From assembly GCA_004376435.1 (NCBI GenBank), contig SOJS01000012.1, positions 1 through 32,144 on the forward strand: a stretch of DNA of 32,144 nucleotides, given 5' to 3'. Of the stretch, positions 1 to 6,598 are shown piece by piece. Within the stretch, counting starts at the first letter, position 1. Every line of letters starts with the position of its first letter. Below the pieces are notes generated by a model. It made no database searches. It saw nothing but the letters and a program-made list of their open reading frames with translations, and was not told where the DNA came from. Source of the stretch: Dehalococcoidia bacterium (lineage in GTDB: Bacteria; Chloroflexota; Dehalococcoidia; Dehalococcoidales; JAUVZE01). The position numbers and the translations under genes are program-made.

Positions 1-1124
1 GATAGCTGCTTGTTTACCTCATCTTCACTCCAGAAGAAGGACTGCAGTCCCTGCACCCACTCAAAGTAGGATACCACCACCCCGCCAGTGTTAGCCAGCA
101 CATCAGGAACAACAAAGACCCCCTTATCGTAAAGAATATCGTCGGCTCTGGGGGTAGTTGGTCCGTTGGCGCCTTCAATAACCATCTTGGCTTTTACATC
201 GGCGGCATTTTCTTGAACTATCTGGTCCTCAAGGGCGGCCGGTAGTAATATGTCGCATGGTAGCGCTAACAGTTCGGCAGTGGTTACGGCATCAGCACCG
301 GCAAAGCCCTCTACCGAACCTGTCTTCTTTTTGTGATTTAGCACGCCATCTAAATCTAACCCCTTGGGGTTATAGATACCGGCTCGGGAATCGTTTATGG
401 CGATAATCTGGCAGCCCTCTCGGGTCAGCAGTTGAGCCGCCACCGCGCCGACATTACCACAGCCCTGAACCACTACTGTAGTTCCCTTGAGGTCCATGCC
501 CAGGTGCTTGGCTGCCAGTATGGTGCTGAGCATACAGCCACGGCCGGTAGCCTCAAAACGACCCTTGCTACCACCGATTTCAATAGGTTTGCCGGTAACC
601 ACCGGGGGAACAGCGTAGCCCTTTATCATACTGTAGGTATCCATAATCCAAGCCATGATTTGAGGGTTGGTGCCAACATCAGGAGCCGGGATATCCATTT
701 CTGGGCCTATTACGATTGAGATATCACTGGCATAACGCCGGGTTAGCCTTTCCAGCTCGCCCTGGGACATAACCTTTGGATTGCAGATGATGCCCCCCTT
801 GGCGCCACCATAAGGTATGTTAGCCACCGCCGCCTTCAATGTCATCCAGGCGGCTAATGCCCTGGTCTCATCCAGGGTGACACCGGGATGATAACGGATA
901 CCGCCCTTGGCCGGTCCTCGGGTATCGTTATGCATAACCCTGAAACCGGTAAAAACCTTTACTGTCCCGTCGTCCATTTTTACTGGAAAGTTGACGCTAA
1001 GCTCGCGCTCACACCTCAGCAGGCGCTGGCGATACCCATCCTCAACATGCAGATGGTCGCAGGCAGCATTAATCTGCTCCTGTACCACCTCAAAGGGGTT
1101 GATTTCTCCGTGGTTTGAACTCAT
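1..1124 (-). CDS. gdhA: Glutamate dehydrogenase (Glu/Leu/Phe/Val dehydrogenase family); N-terminal ~374 codons, C-terminus lies beyond the left edge
   Basis: Absent from the ORF track because it runs off the window. Minus-strand ATG (complement of 1122-1124) has AGGAGG 9 nt upstream. Translation reads MSSNHGEINPFEVV...GFRVMHNDTRGPAKGGIRYHPGV...NIPYGGAKGGI...TTVVVQGCGNVGAVAA...VIEGANGPTTP...GVVVSYFEWVQ. These are the catalytic-Lys box and Rossmann GxGxxG typical of GDH. Confidence 0.9.
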   Translation of the reverse strand, partial: MSSNHGEINPFEVVQEQINAACDHLHVEDGYRQRLLRCERELSVNFPVKMDDGTVKVFTGFRVMHNDTRGPAKGGIRYHPGVTLDETRALAAWMTLKAAVANIPYGGAKGGIICNPKVMSQGELERLTRRYASDISIVIGPEMDIPAPDVGTNPQIMAWIMDTYSMIKGYAVPPVVTGKPIEIGGSKGRFEATGRGCMLSTILAAKHLGMDLKGTTVVVQGCGNVGAVAAQLLTREGCQIIAINDSRAGIYNPKGLDLDGVLNHKKKTGSVEGFAGADAVTTAELLALPCDILLPAALEDQIVQENAADVKAKMVIEGANGPTTPRADDILYDKGVFVVPDVLANTGGVVVSYFEWVQGLQSFFWSEDEVNKQL

Positions 1125-1205
1125 GATGAACTTCCTCCTAAAAATTTATTTGGGATAGCCCAAAGCAGCCGCTCTTTAGCAGTTACAGTTTGGGCGCAAG
1201 TTCAT

Positions 1206-1269
1206 TTTGCTTAATAAGCATCACTTATTTCATCACGAAAAAATCACGATTTCATCACAAGCAGTCAGG
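1206..1269 (-). promoter_or_regulatory. Copy A of a conserved promoter/operator element facing gdh; carries four ATCAC repeats
   Basis: 1206-1236 and 1259-1269 are the reverse complement of 2080-2121 (30/31 and 10/11 identical by eye). They are interrupted by a 22-nt (2 x 11) insertion at 1237-1258. ATCAC occurs at 1220, 1232, 1243 and 1254, with spacing 12/11/11 nt. Confidence 0.5.
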
Positions 1270-1277
1270 AGTTCACC

Positions 1278-1306
1278 TTGACATCCAGGGGGAAGTGAGA
1301 TACTAT
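1278..1306 (+). promoter_or_regulatory. Sigma-70-like promoter of the response-regulator gene
   Basis: TTGACA (1278-1283), 17-nt spacer, TACTAT (1301-1306), about 50 nt upstream of the TTG start at 1358. Confidence 0.5.
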
Positions 1307-1357
1307 GACCTATGCCGATGACAGGAGAGAGGCTCTTAAGCTAAAGTTGGGGGTAGT

Positions 1358-2050
1358 TTGAAGGTACTGATTATTGGCGAAGACCCAGCCACGATAGAGA
1401 CAATCTCATTAGCCTTTGAGTTCCGCTGGCCCAATGCCAAGTTAGTCTTCACCAACAAGGGAGTCGAAGGCGCCGAACTGGTGGAGAAGGAACCCTTTGA
1501 CATAGTTATCCTTGATACCGATATGCCCGAGACTGACGGCATGGCAGTATTGCAGGAGATTCGACTTTTCTCGGATGTGCCGATGATTATTCTCACCGGG
1601 AGTAGCGAACAAACCGCCATCATCAAAGGACTGGAGCTGGGGGCTGACGATTGCCTCACCAAGCCCTTCGAACCCATGGTACTGCTGGCTCGTGTCAAGA
1701 GCGTGCTAAGGCGGAGCCACATGCCAGAGTTGAAAGAAGATGAGGAGCCCCTGGTCTGCGACGGCTTAGTAATTGATTTTGCCAGCCGTGAGATTACGCA
1801 TAACGGCAAAGCAGCTAAGCTCACCCCAACAGAATGGAACCTGCTTCGCTGTCTGGTCCGAAACAAGGGTCGGCTGATTCCCTATCAGGTGCTGTGGGAG
1901 AAGGCTTGGGGTAGCGCCGAGCCTGATAATGTCCCCGCCATAAGAACATGTGTCTGGCGTCTCAGGGCTAAGCTGGGTGATATGGCATCATCACCCAGCA
2001 TTATAATGGGTGAACGCGGTGTGGGCTACCGCTTTGTCGGACTCGGATAA
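1358..2050 (+). CDS. OmpR/PhoB-family two-component response regulator (receiver + winged-helix DNA-binding domain); no kinase gene nearby
   Basis: TTG start. Receiver hallmarks are present: IIGEDP acidic pocket, phospho-acceptor Asp in VILDTDMPETDG, Thr in ILTG, Lys in TKPF. C-terminal Trans_reg_C-like segment reads LTPTEWNLLRCLVRNKGRLIPYQVL...RLRAKL...RGVGYRF. Confidence 0.9.
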   Translation: MKVLIIGEDPATIETISLAFEFRWPNAKLVFTNKGVEGAELVEKEPFDIVILDTDMPETDGMAVLQEIRLFSDVPMIILTGSSEQTAIIKGLELGADDCLTKPFEPMVLLARVKSVLRRSHMPELKEDEEPLVCDGLVIDFASREITHNGKAAKLTPTEWNLLRCLVRNKGRLIPYQVLWEKAWGSAEPDNVPAIRTCVWRLRAKLGDMASSPSIIMGERGVGYRFVGLG

Positions 2051-2079
2051 AAGCACTCCTTTTGCCTGATACCTCCAAG

Positions 2080-2121
2080 CCTGCCTGCTTGTGATGAAAT
2101 GAGTGATGCTTATTAAGCAAA
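2080..2121 (+). promoter_or_regulatory. Copy B of the same element, facing the ferredoxin-AOR operon; contains a candidate promoter
   Basis: The sequence cctgcctgcttgtgatgaaatgagtgatgcttattaagcaaa is the reverse complement of copy A without the 22-nt insertion. GTGAT occurs at 2091 and 2103. Possible -35 TTGTGA (2089-2094), 16-nt spacer, -10 TATTAA (2111-2116). The element ends 61 nt before the ATG at 2183. Confidence 0.5.
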
Positions 2122-2182
2122 CTTAAGAGAGCACCACCTCTAGAAAACACTTTTTAAGAAAAGAGACCAAGGAGGATAGGAA

Positions 2183-2587
2183 ATGGCTTTACTTAAGCTC
2201 AACGCAGATAAATGCACCGGCTGTGGCATCTGTCTCCTGGCCTGCTCAGCGGTTAAGGAAGGGGTCTTCAACCCTCAGCTTGCCAGTTTGCAGGTCCATT
2301 CCCGCTACGAGAAGGGTGGTCTCACAGTAGAGGGGAAGTTTTGTGACCTGTGCCTGGACTGCGTCGAGGCTTGCCCGACTGAAGCCATCACGGTAAAAGA
2401 TGGTGTCCTTAGTATTGACCAAGAGCTCTGCACTCAGTGCGGGCTGTGCGTTGAAGCCTGCCCCCACGGCATTATCCATCTCTCACCTTCAGATAAGCTA
2501 CTGCTATGTGACCAATGTGGTGGCTCCCCACAATGTATAATCTTCTGCCCCCACCAAGCAATCTATAAAGAGGAGGAGGCAAAATGA
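2183..2587 (+). CDS. Poly-ferredoxin with four [4Fe-4S]-type Cys motifs (AorA-like electron-transfer subunit)
   Basis: Motifs CTGCGICLLAC, CDLCLDCVEACP, CTQCGLCVEACP and CDQCGGSPQCIIFCP. GGAGG RBS. Its stop overlaps the AOR start (ATGA at 2584-2587), indicating translational coupling. Confidence 0.85.
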   Translation: MALLKLNADKCTGCGICLLACSAVKEGVFNPQLASLQVHSRYEKGGLTVEGKFCDLCLDCVEACPTEAITVKDGVLSIDQELCTQCGLCVEACPHGIIHLSPSDKLLLCDQCGGSPQCIIFCPHQAIYKEEEAK

Positions 2588-4341
2588 GTTACAGATGGAA
2601 GGTACTTCGTGTCAACCTTAGTAATGGAAGTGTGGACACAGAGCCTCTAAACAAGGAGTGGACGGAAAAATATTTTGGCGGGCGGGGTTTGGGTGCCAAA
2701 TACCTGTATGAGGAGCTTAAGGGGGGGGTTGAACCGCTATCGCCGGCTAACAAACTCATCCTGACAACGGGTCCTTTTACCGGAACAATTGTGCCCTGCT
2801 CAGGCAAGCTAGCCATTACTACCAAATCGCCAGCCACCGGCGGGCTGCTTGATTGCTCCATTGGCGGTCACTTTGCCTCACAGCTTAAATTTGCTGGCTA
2901 TGATGTTTTGATTATTGAAGGGCAGGCAAAAGGCCCGGTTTACCTGCTAATCGAAGATGATAAGGTGGAAATCCGTAAAGCCAACCATCTCTGGAGTAAG
3001 GGTATTTTTGAAACCGAGTCAAAACTAAATGAAGAACACGGCGTCAACGCCAGGATATTGAGTATTGGTCCCGCCGGAGAGAACCTGGTCCCCTTTGCCT
3101 GTATCGGCTCAGAATTATATCGTCAGGCAGGGCGCGGCGGTGTCGGCTCCGTCATGGGCAGCAAAAAGCTAAAAGCCATTGTCTGCTCCGGGAGTAAGAG
3201 CGTATCTGTGCCTGACATGCCGCGTCTTCTTAAGTTAATCAAAAAGGCGATAGCGGAGGATGTGCTCACCGATACCAATCTCTGGGCACATACTGAAGGC
3301 ACACCAGCAATTGTGGAAATGAGCAATTCCGCCGGTACCTTCCCCACCAGAAACTACCAGGATGGAGTCTTTGCCGGTGCCAAGAAGATTAACTCTGATA
3401 GCATCCAGAGGCAAAAGCCCAAGAAAAAAGCCTGCTTTGCCTGCGCCCTGGGTTGCGGCAATTACACTGCTATCAAAGGCAGTGCCGTGGAGGGTCCAGA
3501 ATACGAGACCCTGGCTGTGGCTGGGGCTAACTGCGGGGTGGATGACCTGGAGGCGATTATCAAGTTCAACGCCGAATGCGATGACCTGGGGCTGGATACA
3601 ATCTCCACCGGCAATGTGCTCGGCTTTGCCATGGAAATGACAGAAAGAGGAATAAAGGATTTTGGCATAAGATTTGGCGATATAAAGAATTACCTAAAAC
3701 TGCCCCAGCTGATTGTCCAGCGCCAGGGGGTTGGAGCGGAATTAAGCCAGGGGGTAAAGAAGCTAGCCAAGAAATACGGCACCGCTGATTTTGCCATGGA
3801 GGTGAAGGGGCTGGAACTGCCTGGCTACGACCCGCGCGGTTCGTGGGCAATGGGGCTGGCTTACGCCACCGCCAGCCGCGGCGGCTGCCACATGAGTGCC
3901 TGGCCTATTGCTGATGAGGCTTTTGGCGACATTGACCCCTTCACTATTGAAGGCAAGGCGAAGCTGGTGATAGACGGACAGCACTACAACGCCATCAAGT
4001 TTTCCCTTATTGTCTGCGATTTCTGGGCGCTTTCTCTAGAGACGATGAGCGAGCTACTATCCTGCGTCCTCGGACGTGAGATTCCGGTTGCTGAACTGGA
4101 AAAGGCCGCGGAACGTATCTGGAACACATTCCGGCTGTTCAATGTCAGAGAGGGTTTCAAGGCGGCTGACGATACCCTGCCGGCTCGCTTCTTTAATGAC
4201 CCCCTGAAGTCTGGAACCCCGGCCGGGCGGGTGCTACCGCGTGACCAGTTTGACTCTATGTTAAAGGAGTATTACCAGCTCCGTGGTTGGGACAGTAACG
4301 GGATGCCGACACAAAAGAAACTTAAGGAGCTGGCAGTATAA
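2584..4341 (+). CDS. aor: Aldehyde:ferredoxin oxidoreductase family enzyme (tungsto/molybdo-pterin, AOR/AorB-like)
   Basis: 585 aa. N-terminal GGRGLGAKYLY; GPEYETL; CxxCxxxC cluster motif (CFACALGC); pterin-binding-type DDLGLDTIS; GLELPGYDPRG; RGGCHMSAWP. These match AOR-family signatures as I remember them. Confidence 0.9.
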   Translation: MSYRWKVLRVNLSNGSVDTEPLNKEWTEKYFGGRGLGAKYLYEELKGGVEPLSPANKLILTTGPFTGTIVPCSGKLAITTKSPATGGLLDCSIGGHFASQLKFAGYDVLIIEGQAKGPVYLLIEDDKVEIRKANHLWSKGIFETESKLNEEHGVNARILSIGPAGENLVPFACIGSELYRQAGRGGVGSVMGSKKLKAIVCSGSKSVSVPDMPRLLKLIKKAIAEDVLTDTNLWAHTEGTPAIVEMSNSAGTFPTRNYQDGVFAGAKKINSDSIQRQKPKKKACFACALGCGNYTAIKGSAVEGPEYETLAVAGANCGVDDLEAIIKFNAECDDLGLDTISTGNVLGFAMEMTERGIKDFGIRFGDIKNYLKLPQLIVQRQGVGAELSQGVKKLAKKYGTADFAMEVKGLELPGYDPRGSWAMGLAYATASRGGCHMSAWPIADEAFGDIDPFTIEGKAKLVIDGQHYNAIKFSLIVCDFWALSLETMSELLSCVLGREIPVAELEKAAERIWNTFRLFNVREGFKAADDTLPARFFNDPLKSGTPAGRVLPRDQFDSMLKEYYQLRGWDSNGMPTQKKLKELAV

Positions 4342-4350
4342 GAGGTGTAA

Positions 4351-4602
4351 ATGGCAGTGGTTAAGGTTCGCCTGCATGGGTCATTACCCTCACACTATTC
4401 TAAAGAGGGTAAGGGCAGGGGGGAGGATATTGCGGTAAAGTTCCCGCAGGAAAAAATAAGGGTGAAGGAAATCTTTGCCAAGCTAAATATTCCTGAAGAG
4501 GCGGTGGCTTTTGTGGCTATAAACGGTGTCAAAGGAGCTAAAGACGCCTGGGCAAAAGAAGGAGATAAGGTAACCATTTTCCCCTTTGTCGCTGGTGGTT
4601 AG
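4351..4602 (+). CDS. Small ThiS/MoaD-like beta-grasp protein with C-terminal Gly-Gly
   Basis: 83 aa ending ...DKVTIFPFVAGG-stop. GAGGTG RBS 9 nt after the aor stop. Its size, C-terminal GG and position next to a pterin enzyme fit a sulfur-carrier protein. Confidence 0.65.
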   Translation: MAVVKVRLHGSLPSHYSKEGKGRGEDIAVKFPQEKIRVKEIFAKLNIPEEAVAFVAINGVKGAKDAWAKEGDKVTIFPFVAGG

Positions 4603-4628
4603 ACATAAGGTCAATCACTATTAGAGTG

Positions 4629-4656
4629 TTGACAAATCAAAATTATATTATATAAT
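4629..4656 (+). promoter_or_regulatory. Sigma-70-like promoter of the TRAP-aminotransferase operon
   Basis: TTGACA (4629-4634), 16-nt spacer, TATAAT (4651-4656). It is flanked by the 6-nt inverted repeat TAGAGT (4622-4627) / ACTCTA (4656-4661). This leaves a leader of about 115 nt before the GTG at 4778. Confidence 0.55.
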
Positions 4657-4777
4657 ACTCTAGACTTACTACTGTCCGGGTAAGACAGAAAGGATGTTTA
4701 AAAGAGGAGGTGGTGTCATGTAATGAAAAGTAAGGTGGTTCATAGATAGGCCCAAAAAACTGTAAAGGAGATGTTAA

Positions 4778-5920
4778 GTGAAAGGAAGAAGATTTTTAAC
4801 AGCAGTTGTTGGTATCAGCCTGATGCTGATGCTGGCAGTAGCGCTACCGCTACTGAGCGCCTGTCCAGCCCCAACAACGACTGAAGAGGTTGAACAGCTA
4901 CAAGCAGATTTAGCTGCAGCAAATGCGACGATAGCCGACCTTGAGGCTCAGCTAGCCGCAGTAGGGGTAGAGCCTGAAGTACTGGAGCTGAGAATGCAAC
5001 ACTCCTGGGGTGCTGCCGAAAACCACTTCTTTGAGCAGTATGCCGATATTGTCAGGGAGATGACTGGTGGGCAGATTGACATCGCTGTCTTCTCTGACGG
5101 TGAGCTGGTGAGCTGGGATGAGCTCTCAGATGCAGTAGCGGCGGGGACGGTTGACATAGGGCATACCCACCCTGACTATTATGAGATGGTGGTCCCCGAG
5201 GGTTACCTAGAATCAGCCCCCTATCTGTGGCAAACACTAGACGAGGAAATGGCTGTTATCTATGAATTTGGTGTTGGTGACTTATATGCCGAAGCCCTTG
5301 AGGAGGTCTATGGCTACCATGTGATTGGCTTCCAGCCAGATGACTACGGCGCCCTGATGTTCACCAAGGAAATTAACAGCATAGCTGACATGGAGGGCTG
5401 TGTCATCCAGCTTCTGGATCCTTATGCTTCTATCCTGGCTGAGCTGGCCGGTTCCTCAGCAACCTATCTTGGCCCCGAGGAAATCTACACCTCGCTGGCA
5501 CTGGGCGTTCTTGACGGGGTTGAGTATGGCGGCGCCAAGGCTATGGGAGACATGGGGTTCCATGAGGTAGCCAAGTACTTCGTGCTGCCGCGCCATCAGC
5601 AATCTTGGTTCCCGTTCTACTTCATCAATGCTGATACGTGGGATAGCCTGACTGCTGACCAGCAGGCAATTCTTGAGCAGGCTGTCTACGCTAACGGCAT
5701 CTACATGAGAGCCTTCTATGCCGAGGGAGAAGCAAGCTCTCTGGCGATGATGGTGGATGCTGGCGTTACAGTGTGTTACCTGCCTGATGAGGATGTGGAG
5801 GCTATCTTCCAGAAGACTCTTGAGTGGCTAGAGGAAGACTATGCTGCCATGTCCCCGAGGTGCGCTGAGATAACCGAAAGGGTCTTTGAGGCATTAAGGG
5901 TCTTCGGGCGCATAGACTAG
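4778..5920 (+). CDS. TRAP transporter solute-binding protein (DctP family), lipoprotein with an N-terminal tether module
   Basis: GTG start with AAGGAG RBS. Signal peptide and lipobox LLSAC. Linker PAPTTTEEVEQLQADLAAANATIADLEAQLAA. The DctP-like body follows (RMQHSWGAAENHFFEQYADIVREMTGGQIDIAVFSDGEL...AVAAGTVDIG), and dctQ and dctM lie immediately downstream. Confidence 0.85.
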   Translation: MKGRRFLTAVVGISLMLMLAVALPLLSACPAPTTTEEVEQLQADLAAANATIADLEAQLAAVGVEPEVLELRMQHSWGAAENHFFEQYADIVREMTGGQIDIAVFSDGELVSWDELSDAVAAGTVDIGHTHPDYYEMVVPEGYLESAPYLWQTLDEEMAVIYEFGVGDLYAEALEEVYGYHVIGFQPDDYGALMFTKEINSIADMEGCVIQLLDPYASILAELAGSSATYLGPEEIYTSLALGVLDGVEYGGAKAMGDMGFHEVAKYFVLPRHQQSWFPFYFINADTWDSLTADQQAILEQAVYANGIYMRAFYAEGEASSLAMMVDAGVTVCYLPDEDVEAIFQKTLEWLEEDYAAMSPRCAEITERVFEALRVFGRID

Positions 5921-5932
5921 TTAAATAATATA

Positions 5933-5962
5933 GTAGGGGGTGAGGAAACCCCCACCCCCTAC
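5933..5962 (+). promoter_or_regulatory. GC-rich intercistronic stem-loop after dctP
   Basis: GTAGGGGGTG (5933-5942) pairs perfectly with CACCCCCTAC (5953-5962) around a 10-nt loop. No T-run follows, so it is more likely an mRNA stabiliser or processing barrier than a full terminator. Confidence 0.5.
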
Positions 5963-6002
5963 CTACCCTCAACAGTTGAGGTTGTTTAGCTTGGCAATGC
6001 CT

Positions 6003-6033
6003 AGCTTAAGTATTATGGCTTAATACTTAAGCT
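6003..6033 (+). terminator. Perfect 13-bp AT-rich inverted repeat between dctP and dctQ (attenuating terminator or protein-binding palindrome)
   Basis: AGCTTAAGTATTA (6003-6015), loop tggct, TAATACTTAAGCT (6021-6033), followed by gtttctgtgcgggattttt. Confidence 0.35.
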
Positions 6034-6067
6034 GTTTCTGTGCGGGATTTTTCCAAATAATTATTAG

Positions 6068-6598
6068 GTGAAAAGCTGGATAATGAAATGGCTGAGGCTT
6101 ACTCTTCGGCGCATTGATAGCTTTAGTGACATTTTTGCCAAGTCTATCTGCTGGCTAATCTTGGTTCTTATGGCCTGCACGTTCTATGACGTGATAATGA
6201 GATACTTCTTCAACTCGCCAACTATCTGGGCTTACAGTCTGGTTGGGCAGCTTTTTGGTCCCCTCTGGTTACTGACCGGTGCCTATCTTCTCACCCATGA
6301 TGAGCATGTCCGCATGGATATCTTCTACCGGCGCTTTTCTCCCAGGAAGAAGGCTATTATAGACATAATCACCTATACACTTTTCTTATTCTATATCATC
6401 CTGATACTGAAATTCGGATGGAACTATTTCTGGCTGTCCTTTATCAGAGAGGAGCACTTACGGGCAATGTGGAAACCTCTTATATGGCCATTTAAGTTGG
6501 CAATACCAGTAGGAATGGCCCTCATCCTGATAGCTGGTATCGCTAAATATATCCGTGACTTCCACCTAGCTATCACCGGGAGAGCACTAGAAGAATGA
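6068..6598 (+). CDS. TRAP transporter small permease (DctQ family)
   Basis: 176 aa with about four hydrophobic spans. It sits between dctP and dctM, and its stop overlaps the dctM start (ATGA at 6595-6598). The start is uncertain: GTG 6068 or ATG 6083. Confidence 0.8.
   Translation: MKSWIMKWLRLTLRRIDSFSDIFAKSICWLILVLMACTFYDVIMRYFFNSPTIWAYSLVGQLFGPLWLLTGAYLLTHDEHVRMDIFYRRFSPRKKAIIDIITYTLFLFYIILILKFGWNYFWLSFIREEHLRAMWKPLIWPFKLAIPVGMALILIAGIAKYIRDFHLAITGRALEE

Noticed and set aside
432-1158. Three plus-strand ORFs (432-719, 888-1118, 907-1158)
   Set aside because: They lie antisense to an unmistakable glutamate dehydrogenase reading frame on the minus strand. They show no family resemblance and no RBS, so they are shadow ORFs.
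1336-1866. 176-aa minus-strand ORF, Ser-rich
   Set aside because: It is antisense to the well-supported response-regulator gene and has a low-complexity composition typical of a shadow frame.
1206-2121. Interpretation of the inverted repeats as an invertible (phase-variable) DNA switch or MITE-like insertion carrying the regulator gene
   Set aside because: There is no invertase or recombinase gene nearby. Each copy also sits in a sensible promoter-proximal position and orientation for the gene it faces, so a duplicated operator is more parsimonious. I kept it as an explicit alternative to test with long reads.
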